Assembly (NCBI GenBank): GCA_050125095.1
Contig: JASFEA010000032.1
Coordinates: forward strand, 1 to 23,718
DNA from: a bacterium
GTDB taxonomy: Bacteria; Arandabacterota; Arandabacteria; Arandabacterales; JALGWA01
Length of the DNA stretch: 23,718 nt
Direction of reading: 5' to 3'
Shown: in pieces, positions 16,382 through 23,718 of the stretch
How positions within the stretch are numbered: position 1 is the stretch's first letter
How the letters are laid out: every line of letters begins with the position of its first letter
Made by a program: the position numbers and the translations under genes
The notes under the pieces: generated by a model
Told to the model about the DNA's origin: nothing
Database searches by the model: none
Seen by the model: only the letters and a program-made list of their open reading frames with translations

Positions 16382-19267
16382 ATGTATTGGCGTAGTATCA
16401 CCAGTTTTGTTATTCCAATTGCGGCTATCCTTCTGGCGTCACTTGCTTTTGCCGCCAGCCCAGGTGACGTGGTAATCAATGAGCTTTACATGAATACGTC
16501 CGACTTTTTTGACGGGTCGGAGTACTTCGAGCTATATAACACGACGGGTTCGGCCATAGACATATCGGGTTGGGTGCTGACCAGCGTCGAGTACGATGAA
16601 ATCTGCAGAGAACATCTTCAGAAGTTCCCCGCCGGAACGACCATAGCGGCGAACGGCTATATCATCATCGTCAGGGACGTGACGAATGCAGACAGCGCCG
16701 GCTTCTCGAACTCCGGGAGATTCGAGTTCCTGCCCGACTTCGAGATGTATGACGACAGCCAGAGCTATGAAAACGACGACCCCAGAGTCGACAACATGAT
16801 CTGTCACAATCCCGACTCGTTTGATGACCAGATCAGGCTCTATCCGGGCACCAGCGACTACGCCTACAGGTGCACCGGGGCCGGAAGATACGAGGTGATG
16901 TACCTCTATGCCGACACATCGCTGACCACCCTTATAGATGCGGTGGAGTACAACGACAACGACTGCGTGGTGGACATGTGCCCGGTCAACGGCGTGAGCG
17001 ATGCGTTCCCCACCTATCCTAGTGTGGGATTCAGTCTGGGCCGGGATGCGAGCAGCTCGGACACGGATGACTCCGGCGCCGATCTCTCAATTCAGATTCC
17101 CACTCCGGGCGCGCAGAACATCGACAATATACCTCCTGATATATATACCTTGAGGTACAACCCCTGCCAGCCCGCGACCTCTGATTCCGTCACGATCTCC
17201 TGCTACATCATCGATACTCACGGCATACAGTGGGCCAGGTGCTATTACGCTGTCGCCACCGACCCGCCGGACTTCACTTACGGCGCATGGGACAGCACCA
17301 CGATGACTGATGTCGACATGGATTCTGTCTTCACCTGCAAGCTCCCCCCCCAGGCGGTAGACCCGAGTTACCTCCAGTTCTACGTGAGGGCTTCGGACAA
17401 TCTCGGCGCGGTGAGCGTATATCCCGAGGACGCCCCGGCTGAGCCCTATAACTACTCTGTAGGGACGACGCTGATATCGGACATTCAGACCGTCGATATA
17501 GGCGCGGACAGTTCCTACTATATGTTCCAGGCAGTCAACGTGACAGGTATCGTCACCGCGGAGAGGGGCTTATACAACAACAACACGTTCGTCATACAGG
17601 ACGGCTCCGGACAGTGGTCGGGCATCTTCGTCTATGACGGACCGGGGACGACTACGGTAGCCCGCGGCGACAGCGTAACGCTGTCGGGTTGGGTATCGGA
17701 GTACTTCGCGCGCACCGAGATAAACCTCTTCTCCGGCTGCGTCGTCAATCACGGTCCCGGCTGGTTTCCCGACCCCACTCCGGTGACCACCACCACGGTC
17801 TCGACCTCTTCGCTTCTCGCAGAACGCTACGAGGGCGTGTATATAGGGACCGAGGACGTGACGGTCACCAATGACAGCCTCGGCTACGGCGAGTGGGAGA
17901 TAAACGACGGGTCGGGTCCCTGCCGGGTGGACGATTACGCGTATTACGTCTATACGCCCGAGAACGGCGATTTCCTAGAGGAAGTCCGGGGCATTCTGGA
18001 CTTTTCTTACAGCGACTTCAAGATCCTGCCACGCGGAGACGAGGACATAATCGGTCCGCCGGCGGTAAGCGACGTGCGTTACACGCCTCACGCTCCGACG
18101 GCCTCCGACCAGATTACCGTGTCGGCGACCGTCAAGTGCGCCAACCCCATCGCCTCGGTCAAGACCTATTTCAGCCTCAATGACGGCGCGTCCTGGGACA
18201 GCACTTCGATGAGCACTTCGGACAGCGTGTATACGGGCACGATTGGACCGCTGCCGAATGACTCCAGCGTCGAATACTACGTTAAGGCCTGGAGCAATAC
18301 CGGCGCGACGGGCAGGCGTCCCGCGGCAGGCAGTTACTCCTTCTATGTCGGCAGGGTAAGCATCTTTGACATCCAGTTCCCTGCCGGAGGCGACTCCTCG
18401 GCATATGCAGGTAAGCCTGTCAACACAGAGGGTATTGTGACCGCGGGGCTCGGGACCTACAGCGATGCCTTCTTCTTCATTCAGGAAGACTTCGGGGGCG
18501 GTTCAGCCGAATACCGTGGTGTTAAGGTCTACGTCGGCAGCGGCAACCCGCTCACCGTCATCAGGGGCCAGAGAGTGACGGTGTCGGGCGATGTGTGGGA
18601 GTATTTCGGCGAAACCGAGATAGCGATGCCGTTCGACGAGGCCATAACCATCCACCCGGACGGTTCTGCGCGCGCGCCTTCATACAATGTGCCCGCGGGT
18701 TCAGTGAACACCTCCGAGCAGTGGGAAGGTGTGCTCGTTGAGGTGGGCAAGGCCACAGTCACGAATCCGGATAACGGTTTCGGCGAGTGGACGATATACA
18801 CCGGCGGTGCTGCTGATGACACTTGCATTGTTGGTGACATAGTAAGCTACTCCTATGTGCCGACGCTGGGTGACTCGGTCTTCGTGACGGGCATATCGAT
18901 GTACGCCTATGGCGAGTATACGCTGCAGCCGAGGGACGACGAGGATATATGCGGCGCGACAGCCGGCGTGCCCGGGGATGACGTGAGGCCGGTCCGGCTG
19001 GCGATGTCCATATTCCCCAATCCCGTGATGTCGGCCGGCGAGATAAGACTGGCAATTCCTTCGAATGACCGCATTTCGGTCAAGATATACGATGTAAAGG
19101 GCAAATACGTGGAGACCCTCATGGACAAGGAAGTTCAGGCCGGACAGCACCAGGTAACCTGGGAAGGACGCAACAGTGACGGAAGGCGCGTCACGTCCGG
19201 CATTTACTTCGTTCGAGTCGAAACGACAAGAGGATCTCTTACAAAGAAAATGGTTCTCTCGAGGTAG
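16382..19267 (+). CDS. Large secreted modular protein: lamin-tail domain, 2x (Ig-like + paired OB-fold), FlgD-Ig/T9SS type A-like CTD
   Basis: ATG 16382 with GAGGAG SD; signal peptide. LTD GDVVINELYMN..SEYFELYNTTGSAIDISGWVL. Two ISDIQ/IFDIQ..VNxxGIVTA..GDSV..EYFxxTEI..EGV..GEW..PRxxxDI modules. CTD IFPNP..IYDVKG..WEGRN..SGIYF..KKMVL. Confidence 0.85.
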   Translation: MYWRSITSFVIPIAAILLASLAFAASPGDVVINELYMNTSDFFDGSEYFELYNTTGSAIDISGWVLTSVEYDEICREHLQKFPAGTTIAANGYIIIVRDVTNADSAGFSNSGRFEFLPDFEMYDDSQSYENDDPRVDNMICHNPDSFDDQIRLYPGTSDYAYRCTGAGRYEVMYLYADTSLTTLIDAVEYNDNDCVVDMCPVNGVSDAFPTYPSVGFSLGRDASSSDTDDSGADLSIQIPTPGAQNIDNIPPDIYTLRYNPCQPATSDSVTISCYIIDTHGIQWARCYYAVATDPPDFTYGAWDSTTMTDVDMDSVFTCKLPPQAVDPSYLQFYVRASDNLGAVSVYPEDAPAEPYNYSVGTTLISDIQTVDIGADSSYYMFQAVNVTGIVTAERGLYNNNTFVIQDGSGQWSGIFVYDGPGTTTVARGDSVTLSGWVSEYFARTEINLFSGCVVNHGPGWFPDPTPVTTTTVSTSSLLAERYEGVYIGTEDVTVTNDSLGYGEWEINDGSGPCRVDDYAYYVYTPENGDFLEEVRGILDFSYSDFKILPRGDEDIIGPPAVSDVRYTPHAPTASDQITVSATVKCANPIASVKTYFSLNDGASWDSTSMSTSDSVYTGTIGPLPNDSSVEYYVKAWSNTGATGRRPAAGSYSFYVGRVSIFDIQFPAGGDSSAYAGKPVNTEGIVTAGLGTYSDAFFFIQEDFGGGSAEYRGVKVYVGSGNPLTVIRGQRVTVSGDVWEYFGETEIAMPFDEAITIHPDGSARAPSYNVPAGSVNTSEQWEGVLVEVGKATVTNPDNGFGEWTIYTGGAADDTCIVGDIVSYSYVPTLGDSVFVTGISMYAYGEYTLQPRDDEDICGATAGVPGDDVRPVRLAMSIFPNPVMSAGEIRLAIPSNDRISVKIYDVKGKYVETLMDKEVQAGQHQVTWEGRNSDGRRVTSGIYFVRVETTRGSLTKKMVLSR

Positions 19268-19373
19268 AGAACCGCGTAAGGAGGTGGTGTACTGGGAAAC
19301 GTGAGCTGAGGGGAGTATCAACCTGAGGTGTGACAGAAAGCCGGGTCTGCGCACCAAACAACGGAGGGAAACG

Positions 19374-19994
19374 ATGAGGACTTTGTTAATCGCTTCACTG
19401 GCAGTACTGATTGCGGTGCCGGCATTTGCCGCCACCTGCATTTACGACTGGGAAGACTGCGGGACCGTGTTGGGCATCTATCCCGACATGAACGGGATGA
19501 TCGTCACAAATGTGACCGCGCCCGATCCCATTTACGAGGGCTTCAGGTCGCTCAAGATCGAGGACAACCTCGCGAGCGGCACGCCTCAGGCGTATGTGGC
19601 CTGGATTTATGGCCTTGCCGACGGTGACAGCGTGTGGGCCGAGTTCGCCCGCTACGACGTTACTCCCGCCGCGGCTCCTTCATGCCGCATCTGGGGTCAC
19701 TGGAACGACACCGACAGCCTGACCGGCTACAGCGGCAGCGCCAGCGGTAACTACGATTACGGTCCGGGCCTTGGCTGGGACATCGCAGGCTTCGGCTGGC
19801 TGGTGGTTGACGGCCATACGGGCCTCGTAGTCGAGTGCCGCACCTATTCGAATCCGGGCGACGTAGTCTGGATAGACTATCTCCAGGTCAGCTTCTATGC
19901 CGATCATCCCGGCGTTTGCGTCATGGTTCCGAGCGCCGGCCCTTCGGCTGTCGAGCCCACCACCTGGGGCGGCATCAAGGGGCTGTACCGGTAG
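19374..19994 (+). CDS. Small secreted protein, possible CBM4/9-like beta-sandwich, with C-terminal AVEPTTWGGIKGLYR tail
   Basis: GGAGG SD; signal peptide MRTLLIASLAVLIAVPAFA. YEGFRSLKI...VWIDYLQV pattern reminiscent of galactose-binding-like folds (weak call). Tail identical to the 15445 protein. Confidence 0.65.
   Translation: MRTLLIASLAVLIAVPAFAATCIYDWEDCGTVLGIYPDMNGMIVTNVTAPDPIYEGFRSLKIEDNLASGTPQAYVAWIYGLADGDSVWAEFARYDVTPAAAPSCRIWGHWNDTDSLTGYSGSASGNYDYGPGLGWDIAGFGWLVVDGHTGLVVECRTYSNPGDVVWIDYLQVSFYADHPGVCVMVPSAGPSAVEPTTWGGIKGLYR
19945..19994 (+). repeat. Copy 2 of the 50-bp tail-encoding repeat
   Basis: Matches 16103-16152 at 44/50 positions. Confidence 0.9.
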
Positions 19995-20031
19995 CATACG
20001 GTGACATAGGGAAGTGAAATAGCAGTAAAAC

Positions 20032-20068
20032 GGGCGCGCCGGCCCGGCTGGCGCGCCTTCCTCTATTG
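20032..20068 (+). terminator. Probable intrinsic terminator after the 19374 gene
   Basis: 11-bp stem GGCGCGCCGGC (20033-20043) / GCTGGCGCGCC (20047-20057) with one G-U pair, followed by TTCCTCTATT. Confidence 0.7.
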
Positions 20069-20256
20069 AGGCCGGGACCCGGCGTGAGATCGAGGTGCTC
20101 TCTCGCCCGGGTGGCGCCGGCTCAAGTAAAGACAAATGTCCCATTTCCCGCCGGACACGGGGCCTTTTCCCGCGCCCGCTAATGCACAACCAATGGCTTA
20201 TGTTCTTCCCCGGGAGAGCAGTTCATATCGCTTCCCGATTCTCTACAAGATTGCAG

Positions 20257-20285
20257 TTGAATCCGAAATCAAGATGTGATACACT
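20257..20285 (+). promoter_or_regulatory. sigma70-like extended -10 promoter with no long ORF downstream (drives the candidate ncRNA)
   Basis: TTGAAT (20257-20262), 17 nt ending TGTGA, TACACT (20280-20285). Same architecture as the 15199 and 16290 promoters. Confidence 0.65.
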
Positions 20286-20290
20286 CCGCA

Positions 20291-20486
20291 GGGAGTTAGC
20301 GAGAGAGGGGAGCGCCGGGTATGAGTTTGAGATATATAGCGGTCGATCTGTCTGCGATTTCAGCGCTCCTGCCATATATTTCCCGCTTCCGCCATTCCTG
20401 CACTGATTCCGGATAGCGGGACTGCATCTAATAAGGGAGATGGAGCTCCCAACGCGGCCGGGGGTCCTTTGTGGCCCCTGGTCGCG
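20291..20486 (+). ncRNA. Candidate structured non-coding RNA, family unassigned
   Basis: Own promoter; 5' end GGGAGTT pairs with AGCTCCC (20444-20450); several internal helices; 14-bp 3' hairpin (20453-20486) whose non-Watson-Crick pairs are all G-U on the + strand. Confidence 0.5.
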
Positions 20487-20554
20487 CCTCAATATGTCCC
20501 TGCCGCCTCCCAGCGGAACCCATCACGCCCGGCTGAATCCAAAAGGCAGGTCAG

Positions 20555-20583
20555 TTGCCGTAACACGGCGTTTGTGGTATAAT
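20555..20583 (+). promoter_or_regulatory. sigma70-like extended -10 promoter for the 20610 gene
   Basis: TTGCCG (20555-20560), 17 nt ending TGTGG, consensus TATAAT (20578-20583). Confidence 0.75.
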
Positions 20584-20609
20584 TGAGGAGGAGCGAAGGG
20601 GGAAGAACA

Positions 20610-22469
20610 ATGAAGCTCGGCCGTCCAAATGCGAGATACTTTGCTTTTTCCGTTTTAATTGCGTTGCTTGTGACCTTCATGGCCGCCCGGGTTTTCGCCG
20701 AACTCACGATTCACGTGATCGACGTGGGCCAGGCGGACGCATGCCTTATCATATCGCCCACGGGCGGCACCATGCTCATCGACGCCGGCGATAACGGCGA
20801 CGGAAGCTCCATAGTGGTGCCGTACCTGCAGACCTACGGCCTCCAGGCGCTAGACTATATCGTCGCTACTCATTATCACTCCGACCATATCGGCGGGATC
20901 GACGAAGTCGTCTCCTATCTCGGCATCGATTCGGTGAGGGTGGCGGTGTACGACAGGGGCTGGTCTTATAACACTCAGACTTACTCCGATTACGCTGCCG
21001 CCGTGGCTGCCAAGAGGGCCACCATAACCGACGGCCAGGTCACCGACCTCGGCGGGGGAGTTACGCTCACATGCGTCGCCGTGAACGGGAACGGCGTTCT
21101 CTCGCCCCCCTTTGACACTCAGTACAATGAAAACGATCTCAGCGTCTCGCTGGTTCTGGAATATGACAACGGTTTCAGGTTCTTCACGGGCGGTGACCTG
21201 TCGGGCAGGACCGACGGAGAGTACCACGACATCGAAACATCAGTCGCACCCGAAGTGGGCGCCGTGGACGTATACAGGGTCAATCACCACGGCAGCTTCA
21301 CAAGCTCCAATGCCACGTTCGTTTCAACCCTGCTGCCCGCGGTCTCGGTCATATCTCTTGGTGACGGGAACCCTTACGGCTATGTCCACCAGGAGGTCAT
21401 GGACAGACTGATCGCCTACGGAAGCAACGTCTACCAGACCGAAGCCGGCGTGGGAGCCACGATTCCGCCGGGCAGGGGCAGGGTAGTAAACGGGGACATA
21501 GTCGTGGAAGTCGATTCGACCTTCTATACGGTGGACGTCACCGACTTCTATGAGCTCGGCGACACCGGCATTCCCATCAGCGCCGTCAGGGAAAACGACG
21601 AATACGGCCAGCCCATGTTGCTTGCCGAACCCGTCATCCTTAGGGGCGTGGCCACCGTTCCGACAGGCACGTTTTCCACCCTGCACAACGATATATATAT
21701 CCAGGACGGCACGGGCGGCGTGAACGTCTACCTGCGCAACTCAACCAGCCCGACGGTCGCCCTGGGGGATAGCCTCAAGGTCAGCGGCCTGGTTGACCAG
21801 TACAGGGGTCTTACCAGAATCACGAGCCCCACCATCACGGTTGAGGATACGGGCCTTCCGGTTCCGGAGCCCGTCGTGCTAACCACCGCGTTCGTGGACT
21901 CCGGCGGTGAGGACTACGAGGGCTCACTTGTCAAGGTCGTCGGTGCCGCGATCACGGGCGGCACCTGGCCCGGAGAGGGCGCAGACGGAAGCGTCACCGT
22001 CGACGACGGCTCGGGCGAATGCACGATATACATAAGCAGGTACACCGATATCGACGGCACCCCGCAGCCGGCCGGCTACCTCGACATCGTCGGCGTTCTC
22101 ACGCAGTACGACGCTTCATCTCCTTATTTCTCGGGCTACAGGATACAGCCGCGCTTCACCGCCGACATAGACTCGACCACCTCGGGGGTGCCCGGCGCCG
22201 ACGTGGAGAGGGATGCCAACCTGATCGCCAGAGTGCTTCCCAATCCCGCGAGGGGCAGCCTGAGAATAACCTTCGGCGCGGGCTCGGTCGCCGCCGACAG
22301 GCAGGTTGCTTTCTACGATCTCAGAGGCCGCAAGGTGGCAGGCGGGGAGGCCCTGGCCGGCGAGCGTTTCTTCGACTGGAACGCCGAGGGCCTGGCGAGC
22401 GGGATCTACTTCGCCGTAGTCACGAGCGGGGCCGAGCGTGCCACAGCAAAGATCGTACTGATAGACTGA
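20610..22469 (+). CDS. Secreted ComEC/Rec2-type MBL-fold hydrolase fused to a paired OB-fold module and T9SS type A-like CTD (putative extracellular nuclease)
   Basis: ATG 20610 after a purine-rich SD; signal peptide. IDVGQADA, LIDAG, THYHSDHIGG, NENDLSV, TGGDL, NHHGS. OB module IYIQDGTGG..GDSLKVSG..YEGSLVKV..DDGSG..QPR. CTD LPNP..YDLRGRKV..LASGIYF..KIVLI. Confidence 0.88.
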   Translation: MKLGRPNARYFAFSVLIALLVTFMAARVFAELTIHVIDVGQADACLIISPTGGTMLIDAGDNGDGSSIVVPYLQTYGLQALDYIVATHYHSDHIGGIDEVVSYLGIDSVRVAVYDRGWSYNTQTYSDYAAAVAAKRATITDGQVTDLGGGVTLTCVAVNGNGVLSPPFDTQYNENDLSVSLVLEYDNGFRFFTGGDLSGRTDGEYHDIETSVAPEVGAVDVYRVNHHGSFTSSNATFVSTLLPAVSVISLGDGNPYGYVHQEVMDRLIAYGSNVYQTEAGVGATIPPGRGRVVNGDIVVEVDSTFYTVDVTDFYELGDTGIPISAVRENDEYGQPMLLAEPVILRGVATVPTGTFSTLHNDIYIQDGTGGVNVYLRNSTSPTVALGDSLKVSGLVDQYRGLTRITSPTITVEDTGLPVPEPVVLTTAFVDSGGEDYEGSLVKVVGAAITGGTWPGEGADGSVTVDDGSGECTIYISRYTDIDGTPQPAGYLDIVGVLTQYDASSPYFSGYRIQPRFTADIDSTTSGVPGADVERDANLIARVLPNPARGSLRITFGAGSVAADRQVAFYDLRGRKVAGGEALAGERFFDWNAEGLASGIYFAVVTSGAERATAKIVLID

Positions 22470-22562
22470 GCACCGCCTGCTGTTGCCGCTGTTTACTGTT
22501 TAAGAGAATGAACCTCTCCTGAAGTCGGGATGGGGTATGTGCGGCGGACCTGCCCGATGTGC

Positions 22563-23717
22563 CTACTGGATGTAGCCCACGGCCCTCAGCTGATTCTCGA
22601 TCTTCTCGGTGTCATGCGGGCTGAGGCCGGCGGGCTTCCTGTAGCCTGATGTCCCCGACCTGGCCATCTGGATGCGCTCTATCGCGGCCGGCGCGAATGC
22701 GCCCTCCGGCACTGCGCCGTCCACTTCATCCGGCGCCGGAACGCCGAGGTAGGCGAGTATTATGGGCGCGATGTCGGTTATCCTCGCGTGGATGTCCGTC
22801 CCCGCTGCGACGGCCGGGCCGTAGAGCCCCAGGGAGCCGTTGCGCCGGTGATAACCCGTATGCGTCCAGAGCGGGTTGGGGCCCCTGTCCAGGATGCGCA
22901 GATCGGACGTTCGCGGAAGCCTCGAGAACAGATATCCCGACCTCTCGAGGCAGATTACATCGGGGGCCTTGCCGAGATACGGCCCGCTGTAGATGTCTTC
23001 CTTCCTGTATATGGAGTCCACCAGGCTTACGCCGCGCTCGGGGTCCTTGAGATCACCGAGATTCTCGATCAGCCTGTCCCTGATGCTCGCGTATCTTTCG
23101 TCGGCGTTCCTGCCGGTGACCTCTACCTTGAAGACTCCACCGAAGAAATCAGAGCACAGCACGTTATCGGCGGTCCCCACGGTGCGGTAGGCGAAGTTGC
23201 GCGCATTGATGGTGTAGTGCAGCTCCCCGAATCCGTGATCCGACATTATGATGAGGAGGTCGTCCTCTCCGAGCCGCTTCATGAACTCCCCGAGATACGC
23301 GTCCGCCTTCTCATAGGCGCCGTCTATCATGCCCCCGTATGTCCGGGCCTGCACGGGGTCGTACATCGGATGCTCGGGATCTATATATTTCCAGAAGAAG
23401 TGCTGATGTCTGTCGGTGAAAGTAAAGACAATCCAGTAGAGGTCCCAGTCGCGCTCGTCGAGGAGCTCCAGGCCCATTGCGCGGAGGCGTGACGACATGG
23501 CATCCATCCTCATTATGAACCTGTCCTCGCGCCCCAGACCTTCCGGGGTCTCGATATCGTCGATATCGTAGTCGGCAAGCCGCGAGCCGAGCCCGGCCGG
23601 GAAGTACTTGTCACGCGGATCGTCGGAAGTGTGCGGGAAGCCGGCCACCATGTAACCGTTGAGGCTGTCGGCCGGGGACGTCAGCGGGATGTTGAGAACG
23701 CATGAGGTCCTTCCGTA
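22563..23717 (-). CDS. Alkaline phosphatase superfamily protein (type I phosphodiesterase/nucleotide pyrophosphatase-like), 5'-truncated by the window edge
   Basis: Frame stays open upstream of the ATG at 23651 to the window end (…VLNIPLTSPADSLNGYMVAGFP). TDRHQHFFW, MSDHGF, TGYHRRNG, DIAPIIL, C-terminal QLRAVGYI. Confidence 0.87.
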   Translation of the reverse strand, partial: YGRTSCVLNIPLTSPADSLNGYMVAGFPHTSDDPRDKYFPAGLGSRLADYDIDDIETPEGLGREDRFIMRMDAMSSRLRAMGLELLDERDWDLYWIVFTFTDRHQHFFWKYIDPEHPMYDPVQARTYGGMIDGAYEKADAYLGEFMKRLGEDDLLIIMSDHGFGELHYTINARNFAYRTVGTADNVLCSDFFGGVFKVEVTGRNADERYASIRDRLIENLGDLKDPERGVSLVDSIYRKEDIYSGPYLGKAPDVICLERSGYLFSRLPRTSDLRILDRGPNPLWTHTGYHRRNGSLGLYGPAVAAGTDIHARITDIAPIILAYLGVPAPDEVDGAVPEGAFAPAAIERIQMARSGTSGYRKPAGLSPHDTEKIENQLRAVGYIQ

Positions 23718-23718
23718 G

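Noticed and set aside
16103-19994. The 50-bp direct repeat as mobile-element ends or att sites
   Set aside because: Differences are all synonymous, both copies are gene 3' ends, and there is no integrase or transposase.
20068-20123. Imperfect GC-rich inverted repeat, possibly REP-like
   Set aside because: Single copy, several bulges, plausible by chance at this GC content.
20095-20406. 103-aa + strand ORF in the intergenic region
   Set aside because: Atypical composition, no motifs, and it runs across a clear promoter.
20291-20451. tRNA or tmRNA call based on the 7-bp end-closing stem
   Set aside because: No TTCRA T-loop, no CCA end, and the length fits neither.
1-23718. CRISPR array, prophage or defence system
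   Set aside because: No regularly spaced repeats, and no cas, phage, restriction or toxin motifs in any ORF.

Overview
GC-rich bacterial window with 14 co-oriented + strand genes (239-22469) and one 5'-truncated convergent alkaline-phosphatase-superfamily gene at the right end. The + strand cluster encodes: two ComEC/Rec2-type metallo-beta-lactamase-fold hydrolases (one lipoprotein, one secreted with OB-folds); a CUT1 ABC importer (2 permeases + lipoprotein binding protein, no ATPase in the window); four secreted, apparently non-catalytic proteins built from repeated paired-OB-fold modules, two of them also with lamin-tail domains; three predicted outer-membrane beta-barrels (PorV/PorQ-like, a ComEA helix-hairpin-helix + barrel fusion, and FadL/PorV-like); a UshA-like 5'-nucleotidase; and a small secreted protein with a possible CBM-like fold. 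Together these suggest (inference) an extracellular DNA/nucleic-acid capture-and-utilisation locus. The secreted proteins carry three distinct C-terminal tails: a T9SS/FlgD-type CTD, a variant CTD ending PIVxGxxL(R/K), and an identical short AVEPTTWGGIKGLYR tail. This points to an FCB-group candidate-phylum host (inference). Six sigma70-like promoters are visible on +. Two of them share an upstream motif, and one drives a candidate ~160-200 nt structured ncRNA at 20291-20486. No CRISPR array, rRNA, tRNA or mobile element was seen. All domain calls were made by eye from motifs; no searches were run.
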